This document shows, one piece after another, positions 8,851-18,692 of a stretch of DNA of 64,000 nucleotides (positions are counted from its first letter, which is position 1; the number at the start of each line of letters is the position of its first letter). Under the pieces are notes generated by a model. It was not told where the DNA came from, did not search any database, and was given only the letters and a program-made list of their open reading frames with translations. This DNA comes from an uncultured Clostridia bacterium (GTDB lineage Bacteria > Bacillota > Clostridia > Lachnospirales > CAMVHY01): positions 2,159 through 66,158 of the forward strand of contig CAMTJU010000006.1 in the NCBI GenBank assembly GCA_947073045.1. The letters run 5' to 3'. Position numbers and translations under genes: made by a program.

Positions 8851-10032
8851 TTAAAATTTTTCGTAATGTATTTTTTCAAGACTGAAATTATTTTGTGGTT
8901 GTTTGAATTCATCAGGTACTCCAATTGAAATTATGCCAAGTGGTTTGACATAATCCGGTAAATTTAAATTATCTGATATTTTCTTCATTTTTTCTTCGTA
9001 AGGTGCAACTCCAAGCCAAACTGCACCTAATCCCATTTCATTTGCCTGGATTAAAATATTTTGAGTTGCGGCAGAACAATTTTGTATCCAGTATTCATCT
9101 CCAAGAATTTTTGAAGTGTTTCCACAAACTACAATAGCAAGTGCACTGTCTTTAAGCATTTGATGATACGGATTTAAAGTACTCAGCTTGGATAAATGAT
9201 TTTTATCGCGCACAATTACAAATTCCCAGTTTTGAGAATTCATAGCAGACGGTGCAGACATTCCAGCCTTTAATAAAATTTCTAGTTGTTCATCGCTAAT
9301 CGGTTCATTTTTATATTTTCTAATACTTCTGCGAGTAAATATTGCATTCATTTTATCGTCCTCCATTTTTAATAAATCAGGTCTTTTTACAACGGTATTA
9401 ATAAAAGATTGCTTAAGGCGCCATTTTTTAATTTCATTATGGTTGCCAGAGAGCAATATTTCTGGTACAGTGCGTCCATTAAAAATTTCAGGGCGTGTGT
9501 ATTGCGGATATTCAAGCAAATTATTTTCAAATGACTCGTTGCAGAAAGATTCAGTTTTGCCCAAAACATTTGGAATTAATCTAGCTATGCTATCAATTAA
9601 AATCATAGCGGGAATTTCGCCGCCAGTTAAAATATAATCGCCAACAGAAATTTCATCCGTTACGATTTCGTCGATAATACGTTGGTCAATTCCTTCGTAA
9701 TGACCGCATAGCAAAATTATATCATTTTCCATAGATAATTTATATGCTGTTTTTTGATTAAAAATTTTGCCTTGGGGCGAAAGATAAATAACGCGGCAAT
9801 TTTTTTTAATACTTTTGTATGCATCATAAATCGGCTGAGCCTGCATTAGCATTCCGTATCCTCCACCATATGGATAATCATCAACGCGTTTGTTTTTGTC
9901 ATTTGAGAAATCGCGGATGTTGATGCAATTTATATTTATAATGTTTTTATCGATAGCGCGTTTTAAAATACTGTGATTCAGACCGCCATAAATAATTTCG
10001 GGAAATAAAGTTAAAACGTGAAAGTTAGTCAT
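8851..10032 (-). CDS. trmD: tRNA (guanine37-N1)-methyltransferase with an in-frame C-terminal nitroreductase-family domain
   Basis: TrmD from MTNFHVLTLFPEI to VKRPDLL (~220 aa), a short linker, then AIFTRRSIRKYKNEPISDEQLEILLKAGMSAPSAMNSQNWEF (nitroreductase fold). No stop between the two. Confidence 0.8.
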   Translation of the reverse strand: MTNFHVLTLFPEIIYGGLNHSILKRAIDKNIININCINIRDFSNDKNKRVDDYPYGGGYGMLMQAQPIYDAYKSIKKNCRVIYLSPQGKIFNQKTAYKLSMENDIILLCGHYEGIDQRIIDEIVTDEISVGDYILTGGEIPAMILIDSIARLIPNVLGKTESFCNESFENNLLEYPQYTRPEIFNGRTVPEILLSGNHNEIKKWRLKQSFINTVVKRPDLLKMEDDKMNAIFTRRSIRKYKNEPISDEQLEILLKAGMSAPSAMNSQNWEFVIVRDKNHLSKLSTLNPYHQMLKDSALAIVVCGNTSKILGDEYWIQNCSAATQNILIQANEMGLGAVWLGVAPYEEKMKKISDNLNLPDYVKPLGIISIGVPDEFKQPQNNFSLEKIHYEKF

Positions 10033-10516
10033 TTAAATCACGCATTCCTTCAATTAATTTTACAGACATCGTTTTGTTTTGCAAATCTATATTCAAAATA
10101 AATTGTTTTACTGCCGGGATTAAAATTTTTTTATCTACAACATAAACATCATTTGCGCCGGTTTGCAAAATATCTGTAATTTGTCCCAAAAATTCTTTGC
10201 CTTCGTAAACATTTATTCCATATAAATCTTGCAGGTAATATTCATTTTCTTCAAGCGGCAAAGCTAAATTTTCTGAAATTTTTATTATTGCGCCTTTTAA
10301 TTTCTCAGCTTCTTCAATATTATTTATTCCCAAAAGTTTAACATACACAAGATTTTTATGATAGCGAACATTTTCAATTTCATATTCCAAATTATTTACA
10401 AAAATTTTTTTGAGCAAACTAAATCGATTTATATTGTCAGTGGTCGGATAAATTTTTAATTCGCCTTTCAGTCCATGTGTATTAATTATTTTTCCTATCT
10501 CAAAATATTTTATAAT
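10025..10516 (-). CDS. rimM: 16S rRNA processing protein RimM, probable ATT start
   Basis: The track ORF (TTG at 10417) lacks the conserved N-terminus. The same frame stays open upstream and encodes KYFEIGKIINTHGLKGELKIYPTTDN, the RimM signature. The only candidate start after AGGAG is ATT (10516) or ATA (10513). Confidence 0.7.
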   Translation of the reverse strand: MIKYFEIGKIINTHGLKGELKIYPTTDNINRFSLLKKIFVNNLEYEIENVRYHKNLVYVKLLGINNIEEAEKLKGAIIKISENLALPLEENEYYLQDLYGINVYEGKEFLGQITDILQTGANDVYVVDKKILIPAVKQFILNIDLQNKTMSVKLIEGMRDLND

Positions 10517-10540
10517 ATCATCTCCTAATTTTCACTTTTT

Positions 10541-11179
10541 TTAATTAAGATTATCGTTTGATAAAATTGCTTGGCAATAATATATTGGCATTCCTGCGTT
10601 TGAAAATTTTTCTTCATATTCTGTAGTAACATTATCTAAATTTGTTTTATGCAAGTCAAATGTTATATTTTTTAATTTCCAATTGTTATCTGAAAATTGG
10701 TTAAGAGTAAATTCAAATAGTGGAAGATTATCCGTTTTAAAATAAATTGGAGCGCCTGGCATTAATATTTTTTTATAAACATCGAGAAAGTCTTTATAAG
10801 TCAAACGACGTTTATAGTGCCTTTTTTTGTGCCATGGATCACAAAAATTTATGTAGATACAACTTACTTTTGTTTTTGGAAAATATTTTTCTATATGGCT
10901 AATATCATCAATAATAAATGCGAGATTTTTTAAAGAATTATTTGCACGCCGAACGCCCATAGCTATTATATGAAAATATTTTTCAACCGCAATAAAATTT
11001 TTACCCGGAAATTTTTGTGCCATCTCATTTATAAATTTTCCTTTTCCACACCCAAGCTCTAAACAAATTTTATTTTCATTGCCGAAGTAATTTTTCCAAT
11101 CATTATTAAAATTTTCATTGATAATTAAATTACTGTTGGCAATTTCATTTTCTGCCCACTTTTTTTTTCTTATCCGCAT
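10541..11179 (-). CDS. trmB: tRNA (guanine46-N7)-methyltransferase
   Basis: MRIRKKKWAENE ... LELGCGKGKF ... FCDPWHKKRHYKRR. Start taken at ATG 11179 after GAGGGAGAA; the track ORF extends to 11293. Confidence 0.85.
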   Translation of the reverse strand: MRIRKKKWAENEIANSNLIINENFNNDWKNYFGNENKICLELGCGKGKFINEMAQKFPGKNFIAVEKYFHIIAMGVRRANNSLKNLAFIIDDISHIEKYFPKTKVSCIYINFCDPWHKKRHYKRRLTYKDFLDVYKKILMPGAPIYFKTDNLPLFEFTLNQFSDNNWKLKNITFDLHKTNLDNVTTEYEEKFSNAGMPIYYCQAILSNDNLN

Positions 11180-11342
11180 TGAAATTTCTCCCTCAATTTT
11201 TTTATTCATTTTATCATAAACGTGGAAAATATAAAATATTTTAGCTAACAAGTTTGATTTGATATGTTTTTTCATATATAATTTCAGTGGCAATTTTAAT
11301 AAAAGGGATTGATGATTTATAAAAAAATTAATAGATTTATAT

Positions 11343-11876
11343 TTGACTTTTGCAAAAATTGGTGGATTTACTCTCGGCAGTGGTTATGCAATGATTCCTA
11401 TTATTCGTAGTGAAGTTGTTGAAAAAAAGAAATGGATTAGTGATGAGGAAATTTCGGATTATCTCGTACTGGGTCAATCTTTACCAGGAGTTATCGCTAT
11501 TAATACAGCAACGGCAGTAGGTAAAAAAGTTTGTGGATTTTGGGGAGCATTGGCCTCGACTATGGGAATGATTACTTTTCCATTTATAATAATAATATTG
11601 GTGGCAAAATATTTTTCAAAATTACAGGAATATTCTGTTGTTCAAAAAGCTTTTGATTCGGTTCAGGCCCTTACAGTTTCAATGATTTTATTGGCAGTGA
11701 TTACGCTTTATAAATCTGGAGTCAGAGACAAAATTCAGTTTGCAATTTTTATTTTAAGTATTTTGGGTACTTTGATTTTTAATATTGCGCCACAATATGT
11801 AATTATTATTGCTGGTGTATTTTCTTTAATATACAAGAAAAAATTTAATATGGAGGAAAAAAATGAACGCATTTGA
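11343..11876 (+). CDS. chromate transporter (ChrA) family, single half-size protein
   Basis: FTLGSGYAMIPIIRSEVVEKKKWISDEE ... GQSLPGVIAINTA; TTG start; overlaps tyrS by 14 nt. Confidence 0.75.
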   Translation: MTFAKIGGFTLGSGYAMIPIIRSEVVEKKKWISDEEISDYLVLGQSLPGVIAINTATAVGKKVCGFWGALASTMGMITFPFIIIILVAKYFSKLQEYSVVQKAFDSVQALTVSMILLAVITLYKSGVRDKIQFAIFILSILGTLIFNIAPQYVIIIAGVFSLIYKKKFNMEEKNERI

Positions 11877-13071
11877 AATATTAAATGAGCGTGGATTTTT
11901 AGAGCAATCAACGGATTTTAATGAAGTTGAAAAACTTTTGAATCGAGAAAAAGTTACTTTTTATACTGGATTTGATCCAACGGCTGACAGTTTGACCGTT
12001 GGACATTTTATACCAATAATGGCTATGTCGCATTTGCAAAGGGCAGGCCATAATCCAATTTTTTTAATTGGTGGCGGAACGGCAACGATTGGAGACCCGA
12101 CCGATCGTACGGATATGAGAAGAATTATGAGTCGAGACGAAATTTCACATAATGTTGAATGCTTCAAGAATCAATTGAAAAATATTATCGATTTCGATAA
12201 TGCTACTATTGTCGATAATGCCGATTGGCTTTTGAAATTAAATTATGTTGATTTTATTCGTACTTATGGTATACATTTTTCAGTAAATAAAATGTTGACG
12301 GCTGATGCATATCGCACAAGATTTGAGAGAGGTCTTTCTTTTTATGAATTTAATTATATGCTTATGCAGGCCTATGACTTTCTTGAATTAAATCGAAAAT
12401 ATAATTGCACGCTTGAAGTTGGAGGAAATGATCAGTGGTCAAATATTTTAGCTGGTGTAGATTTAATTCGCCGTGTTGAAAATAAAACGGTTTATGGATT
12501 GACATTAAAACTTTTGACAAAAAGTGATGGTCAGAAAATGGGTAAAAGTATGGCTGGTGCAATATGGCTTGACAAAAACAAGACTAAACCGCATGATTTT
12601 TTTCAGTACTGGCGAAATATTCATGATGAAGACACTGAAAAATGTTTGAAATTATTGACATTTTTGGAGCTGGACGAAATTTCTCATCTTCTATTAGATA
12701 TTAATAAAGCTAAAGAAAAACTTGCATACGAAGTGACGAAACTTGTGCACGGTGAAACTGAGGCACAAAAAGCTTTGATGGCAGCAAAAACTTTGTTTGG
12801 CGGTGGGAATTTTTCTGATTCACTGCCTACATCAAATTTGAGTAAAAATGATTTTGTAAATGGCAAAAATATTTTAGAATTGCTTTTGCAAATAAATCTT
12901 GTGCCGTCTAAAAGTGAAGGTCGTCGTGTTATTCAACAAGGTGGTTTGAAAATAGATAACAAAAAAATTTCTGATGTGAATTATTCTATAAGCTTAAATG
13001 ATTTCAATCAAGGTCGTCTTTTAATTCAAAAGGGCAAAAAAATTTTTCATCAAATTAAATTAATTGATTAG
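11863..13071 (+). CDS. tyrS: tyrosine--tRNA ligase
   Basis: FYTGFDPTADSLTVGHF (HIGH region), KMGKS (KMSKS), C-terminal S4 domain; 402 aa. Confidence 0.95.
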   Translation: MNAFEILNERGFLEQSTDFNEVEKLLNREKVTFYTGFDPTADSLTVGHFIPIMAMSHLQRAGHNPIFLIGGGTATIGDPTDRTDMRRIMSRDEISHNVECFKNQLKNIIDFDNATIVDNADWLLKLNYVDFIRTYGIHFSVNKMLTADAYRTRFERGLSFYEFNYMLMQAYDFLELNRKYNCTLEVGGNDQWSNILAGVDLIRRVENKTVYGLTLKLLTKSDGQKMGKSMAGAIWLDKNKTKPHDFFQYWRNIHDEDTEKCLKLLTFLELDEISHLLLDINKAKEKLAYEVTKLVHGETEAQKALMAAKTLFGGGNFSDSLPTSNLSKNDFVNGKNILELLLQINLVPSKSEGRRVIQQGGLKIDNKKISDVNYSISLNDFNQGRLLIQKGKKIFHQIKLID

Positions 13072-13083
13072 GAGCAATTATAA

Positions 13084-14241
13084 ATGAATATTGGAATATT
13101 TACGGATACATATTATCCGCACGTAAATGGTGTTGCAACTTCAATAAAGATGTTGGAGGAGCAATTAAGAAAACGTGGTCATAATGTCTATATTTTTACA
13201 ACATCAAATCCATTGGTTAAAGAGCCAAATTCAAATGTATTTAGATTACCGAGCATGCCGTTTGTTTTTTTACCGACTTACCGCATTGCTTTTTTTTATT
13301 CCCCAAAATTATTGTTTAAAATGAAAAAATTTAATCTTGATATTATACATACCCAAACTGAATTTTCAATCGGTATATTTGGAAAAATAGCCTCGGAATT
13401 TTTAAAAATTCCAGTGGTTCATACTTATCATACAATGTATGAAGATTATGTTCATTACATAGCAAAAGGACACTTAATTTCACCTAAGATGGCTCAAAGG
13501 TTTAGCAGAATTTTTTGCAACAGAGCTAAGATAGTAATTGCGCCTACACAAAAAACAAAAGATTCATTATTAAATTATGGAGTTAAAAGGCCAATAGAAA
13601 TTGTGCCGACGGGTATAACTCTTGAAAAATTTTTAAAAGATGCAGACAATAATCAAATAAGTGCAATAAAAAATGAATTGCACATAAACCAAAATGATTT
13701 TGTAATTTTATTTTTGGGACGCGTTGCTAAAGAAAAAAGTATTGACGTTTTAATTTCTCAAATGCCTGATATTTTGAATAAAATTTCCAATGCAAAATTG
13801 TTAATTGTCGGAGACGGTCCATATGTTAATGTATTAAAAAATTTAGCAGATGAACTTAAAGTTTCAAATTCAATAATTTTCAGTGGACAGGTTGCTTGGG
13901 AAAATATTAATTTGTATTATAAATTGGCGGATGTTTTTGTAACTGCTTCTACTTCTGAAACGCAGGGACTTACATATATTGAGGCAATGGCTTCAAAAAT
14001 TCCTGTTATTGCGAAAAATGATGGTAGTATAAAAAATTTGATTGAGGACAAAAAAAATGGCTATGTATTCGATAATCCAAATGAATTACCAAATATCATA
14101 GCCAAAATAAAAAATAATCCCGATGAAAAACTCAAAATTATTGATTGCGCTATTGATAAAATAAAAGATTTGTCAGCTGAAAAATTTGCTGAATCTGTTG
14201 AAAAAATTTATCTCTCACTTATAAAACACGACGTGCGGTAA
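13084..14241 (+). CDS. GT4-family glycosyltransferase (diacylglycerol glycosyltransferase-like)
   Basis: MNIGIFTDTYYPHVNGVATS ... ETQGLTYIEAMA (E-x7-E region); 385 aa. Confidence 0.8.
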   Translation: MNIGIFTDTYYPHVNGVATSIKMLEEQLRKRGHNVYIFTTSNPLVKEPNSNVFRLPSMPFVFLPTYRIAFFYSPKLLFKMKKFNLDIIHTQTEFSIGIFGKIASEFLKIPVVHTYHTMYEDYVHYIAKGHLISPKMAQRFSRIFCNRAKIVIAPTQKTKDSLLNYGVKRPIEIVPTGITLEKFLKDADNNQISAIKNELHINQNDFVILFLGRVAKEKSIDVLISQMPDILNKISNAKLLIVGDGPYVNVLKNLADELKVSNSIIFSGQVAWENINLYYKLADVFVTASTSETQGLTYIEAMASKIPVIAKNDGSIKNLIEDKKNGYVFDNPNELPNIIAKIKNNPDEKLKIIDCAIDKIKDLSAEKFAESVEKIYLSLIKHDVR

Positions 14242-14335
14242 TATAATTTTGCATATAATAACTTTCACTCAAATTGCTTATCATAACACCTTTATTGTTT
14301 GTACTTGCTGAATGAATAAATTGTCCGTTTTCAAA
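13913..14335. repeat. direct repeat copy A of the GT4 3' end / NlpC-P60 3' end junction
   Basis: Aligns by eye with 18457-18805 at high but imperfect identity; copy B has one 75-bp in-frame deletion. Confidence 0.8.
14219..14335 (-). pseudogene. relic of the 3' end of the NlpC/P60 gene (last ~38 codons)
   Basis: The minus strand encodes ..FENGQFIHSASTNNKGVMISNLSESYYMQNYITARRVL*, against GNGQFIHSASPNNKGVMISSLNESYYVQNYITARRVL* at the end of 18688-19773. No upstream part of the gene is present. Confidence 0.7.
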
Positions 14336-14534
14336 TAGAATTAAATATTCCGATACCAATCAGTACAAAAATTTATGCAGACGAAAGTGGTATTGTTATA
14401 AATGTAGGAATAATAAACAGTTATGTCTAAACAGTAATAATAGAGTACGGTGGCGGATTAAGTTATCTTTGTAAATAAAAAAAATGGCAGAAATCATCTG
14501 TCATTTTTTAATAATAATTTTGAGGAGAAATTTT

Positions 14535-15815
14535 ATGATAGACATAAAAAAATATTTTGCGGATTTCACTAATATACCAAAGTATCCGTCGCTTGACACT
14601 ATGAAATATTTTTGCGATAGATACGGAAATTTTGAAAAGCAAATGAAATTTTTACATATAGCAGGAACAAATGGAAAAGGAAGTTGCTGCGAAATCCTCA
14701 GTAAAATTTTAATCAATCAAGGCTATAAAGTTGGGAAATTTATGTCTCCGCATTTAATAAAATATAACGAACGCATAAGTATTAACAATGTTAACATTTC
14801 TGATTTGGATTTCTCAAATTTAATCGAAGAACTACAGCCCGAAATTATTTCTTATCCAAAAAAAGTAACTTTGTTCGAAATCGAAACAATTATTGCTTTG
14901 CTATATTTTTATCGAAATAATATTGATTTTATAATATTAGAAACAGGTTTGGGTGGATTATATGACAGCACAAATATTATTAGCCGGCCACTGATTTCGA
15001 TAATAACTTCTATATCATACGACCACACCGATATTTTAGGTAAAACGCTTAAAGAAATTGCACTACAAAAATCTGGCATAATTAAAAAAAATTCACATAC
15101 CGTATTTTTTTCACAATCAACAGAAATTAATAATGTTATTAAAAATAAATGTGCAATTGAAAATAATACTTTGCATTTGATAACTGAAAATCAAATCAAA
15201 AATTACAGTTTCGACGAAAATTTTCAATACTTTGATTATGATGATATGAAAGAAATTGCACTTAATCTAAAAGGTAAAAGCCAAATTAAAAATGTGTGTC
15301 TTTGTCTTGAGTGCATGAAAATATTAAATCAGCTCAGTTTCCAAATTTCTGAAATAAATATTAAAAGCGCTCTAGCAAATGTTATTCACAAAGGTCGAAT
15401 GGAAATTTTACATAAAAATCCGCTGATTATATTTGATGGCGCACATAATCCTGATGCAATTAAAAATTTACTTGCTACTATCGATATGTATTATAAAAAT
15501 TTTAAACGGCAATATGTAATTTCAATTTTGCGTCAAAAAGATTATGAGTCAATTATAAAAATTCTACTTTCAGATCAATATGCAACTTTTATATTAACTG
15601 ATGGTAATGATGAAAAAATTTATACACCTGCTAAAAAATTATTTTTTGTCGCGCAAAAATATAAATCCAAAAATCAAATTATATGTATAAAAAAATTAGA
15701 TGATGCCATTGATTTCATCACACAAAATAAAAACGATTCGATTAATTTCATAATTGGAAGTTTTTATGTTTACAACTCCGTGATAAATAAATTGCAAAAT
15801 CAAATTTATATATAA
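14535..15815 (+). CDS. folC: folylpolyglutamate synthase / dihydrofolate synthase
   Basis: HIAGTNGKGS P-loop, Mur-ligase layout. Start taken at ATG 14535 after GAGGAG; the track ORF opens at 14484. Confidence 0.85.
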   Translation: MIDIKKYFADFTNIPKYPSLDTMKYFCDRYGNFEKQMKFLHIAGTNGKGSCCEILSKILINQGYKVGKFMSPHLIKYNERISINNVNISDLDFSNLIEELQPEIISYPKKVTLFEIETIIALLYFYRNNIDFIILETGLGGLYDSTNIISRPLISIITSISYDHTDILGKTLKEIALQKSGIIKKNSHTVFFSQSTEINNVIKNKCAIENNTLHLITENQIKNYSFDENFQYFDYDDMKEIALNLKGKSQIKNVCLCLECMKILNQLSFQISEINIKSALANVIHKGRMEILHKNPLIIFDGAHNPDAIKNLLATIDMYYKNFKRQYVISILRQKDYESIIKILLSDQYATFILTDGNDEKIYTPAKKLFFVAQKYKSKNQIICIKKLDDAIDFITQNKNDSINFIIGSFYVYNSVINKLQNQIYI

Positions 15816-15894
15816 TATTCAATATTGTATTCAATATTTTTTTTAGTAAAATAATAATATAAGAGCTGTAGACCTCGAATGAGGAAGTGACATT

Positions 15895-18098
15895 ATGAGT
15901 GAGAGAATAGATTTAAGCAATTTAGCTCCAAAAACATTTGCTGGTTAAATTAAAAATTCTTTCTCGAGTTTGTGGTAAAGTTATTTGTATGGCTCTAGTA
16001 AATACTTGTCAATCAAGAACTGCAATTAATGTTGGTTAGTATAGAGACGCTCATAACATAAGTTATAAGACTTATTTCGTATATGTGACTATTATTTAGA
16101 AACTATTAAAAATAATTTATCTGAAGATGAGAGAAAAAATTATAAATGTATTGAGAGATATTATTGATATGTTTGCATGAAGTTATCAATCTTTATCCGT
16201 TGATCAAATTATTATGCCCGAACATAATGTTTATCGTTTTATTGAAGAAATTTCTCCCAAAAATAAAACCTTTGCTCTTAATTCAGTTGATAGATGAGAT
16301 AACGATAGTTATCAAGTAATAGTGGTTCCAAACGCAGATCTCGTATCACTATTCATTTATGGCACAGGTATTAATTTGAATTGGCGTAAACGAATAACCC
16401 ATTCTAATCATTTGCAAAGACCTATAACACTTATAACTTGGATTGATCATTCTAATATTACTGGCGATACAGAAGCAGATATAATAAATAATAATTTTAA
16501 AGCAAAATTTAATTCAAATACGAATGACGAAAAAATAATTTGGGATGGCAATTATTTATTGCAATATGCTATGCATGCAATTACTTTAATACATTTGATT
16601 CTCCATTAAATACGAGAGTGATAGTGCTTCAAAATTTTGCGAGAAAAATTAATATATAGAAAAAATGAAGATGAAAATGAAATTAAAATATTGATTACTA
16701 AAAAAAAATTTGAGAAAGATTCTAACAATATTTATTCTGATATTTTTAAAATCAACAATTACATTATACAACAAAAAAATCTTTTGCCGGATATTTTAGT
16801 AAACAAAAATAATTTTGATGAAAATATTGCAAAATGTTTGAATAACTTTAAATATATTTTAGAACATAATAATAACTTCTCAGATTTCATAAATGATTTA
16901 TTTAAAAAACCAGAAAATGAAATTAGAGAATTCATTGGATTTGATGAAATGTTTAGTGAAAATAATTTGCCGGAATTAATAACATTACTTGATACAAGTG
17001 TATTATCTATTGAAGGCTTAAACAATATAATCAACTTGTTTTTTATTAAATTAGAAAAAATTGAAAAAGAAAAAGGTTTATCAAAAGAAATAAAAGCGCC
17101 ACATAAAAAGATAGTAAAAACGACCAGATGAAAAAATAGAAATAGCGATAGAAACAGAGAAAAAGCATTAGAAGAAACATTAGAAAAATTAAAGAACGAA
17201 ACTCATAAAATAAAATTTTTTACGCAACAATTATCAAACATTACAAATTAGAAAGAATTTTCCTATGCTAATTTAATAAAAACATTTTATGTTAATGAAA
17301 GTGAACTCGCCAGCGATATAAGCGTAAACATCAAAATAGGAATTAAACCATTTTTTGAAAATAATATAGACTATGAAAAAATATTAATTATACTTTCATA
17401 TGCACTAAAAAATTTATATGAAGATTTTATAACTAATATTGATATGAAAGAACTAAAAAACTTTATCACGAAAAATCTAATAATCCTAATGACTTTGAAG
17501 ATTTCGCTAACATGATGGGTAAAAACATTTTTCTTTTTACAGAAGAAACAAATTAATGATTTTGAATTAAATGATGAAAATGGTAATACATATCTGTTTA
17601 TACTAAAAGTAATAGATAAAATTTCAGGCAAAAAATTTAAAAAATTAAATATTCCTGAGAATTTCAATGACGTTAATTTGGCAATAAAAATAGGCAATTC
17701 AAACGATAGAATAAAATTATTTTCAAAATTTCCTTTAAAAGAATTTTTGAAAATAAAAATACGTAATACCCCTTTAAATTCAATAGCTTACAAAAACAAT
17801 ATAAATTATTTTTTCTCCAAATCATTAGAATTAAAACCTTCAAATTTTAATGAAACAAAAGTTAATAAATGATTTTTTGGCTCTTAAACCTTAGAATTTT
17901 TTAGTATATATCCTTGAAAATAAACATTTGCTCATCGATAACGGAACATTTCCTATTTTATTTAATTTAATTAAAAATAAATTTTACGAGTTCAATGATG
18001 AGAAAAAAGAAAAATTTTCATATGAATTTTTGCCTAAATTATTAACTTTAGAAAACGATAATTTTAAAGCTGAAGATAGAAAAGATTTATTGGAATAA
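15895..18098 (+). pseudogene. decayed or recoded coding region (1-3 former genes, Asn/Lys/Ile-rich, no family recognised)
   Basis: ATG 15895 after GAGGAAGTGA. Frames stay coding-like for about 2.2 kb and are interrupted by TAG at 16037, 16097, 17249 and 17892, and by TGA at 16178, 16295, 17129, 17513 and 17870. There are apparent frameshifts near 15944 and 17868. Track ORFs 16322-16609, 16637-17131 and 17678-17872 are pieces of it. Confidence 0.5.
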
Positions 18099-18205
18099 AT
18101 TATATCTTGCAATTTTATTTATTTGCTTAAAGATTTTATGTTGAAAGGGCAATATTGAAGAAGAAAGTGAAAAAACAGATAATTTTATTTCATTATTTAA
18201 ATTTT

Positions 18206-18496
18206 TTAACGGAAAAAATGATAATAGAAAAATTTTAATAGATAATTTAGTATTCCGGATTTGATTGAAAAAATCATATCCGATTTTATTATGTCATGAT
18301 TATGGAATGTAATTGTCTTAAATTCATGGTATTGCAAAGCAATTGAATACCCAGTTGCATAGATAAATTTTTTTTCATATCCATTAATTTTTATAAAATT
18401 TCTTGTTGCCAAATCTATATCACAAAATTTTGTTCTAATTCTAAATTTATTCTTGATTTGTATTATAAATTGGGGATGTTTTTGTAACTGCGTCAA
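18206..18496 (-). CDS. hypothetical ORF, possibly a truncated gene fragment (tentatively GNAT-like C-terminus)
   Basis: The ORF's start codon lies inside repeat copy B, so its 5' part is not native. ATRNFIKINGYEKKF loosely resembles the GNAT C-terminal motif. Weak call. Confidence 0.25.
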   Translation of the reverse strand: MTQLQKHPQFIIQIKNKFRIRTKFCDIDLATRNFIKINGYEKKFIYATGYSIALQYHEFKTITFHNHDIIKSDMIFSIKSGILNYLLKFFYYHFFR

Positions 18497-18692
18497 CTTC
18501 CGAAACGCAGGGGCTTACATATATTGAGGCAATGGCTTCAAAAATTCCTGTTATTGCGAAAAATGATGGTAGTATAAAATATTTGATTGAGGACAAAAAA
18601 AATGGCTATGTATTCGATAATCCAAATGAATTACCAAATATCATAGCCAAAATAAAAAATAATACCGATGAAAAATTAAAAATTCACTTATA
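18457..18692 (+). pseudogene. relic of the GT4 glycosyltransferase 3' end
   Basis: Encodes ..DVFVTASTSETQGLTYIEAMASKIPVIAKNDGSIKYLIEDKKNGYVFDNPNELPNIIAKIKNNTDEKLKIHL*, matching residues of 13084-14241. It has no 5' part and a 75-bp deletion. Confidence 0.75.

Noticed and set aside
11700-11870. T-box leader expected upstream of tyrS
   Set aside because: tyrS overlaps the preceding chrA-like gene by 14 nt, leaving no room for a leader. No specifier or T-box sequence was seen.
14336-18456. Prophage, IS or integrative element as the cause of the island
   Set aside because: No integrase, transposase, recombinase, terminal inverted repeats or phage structural genes are recognisable. The flanks are long copies of host genes rather than short att-like repeats.
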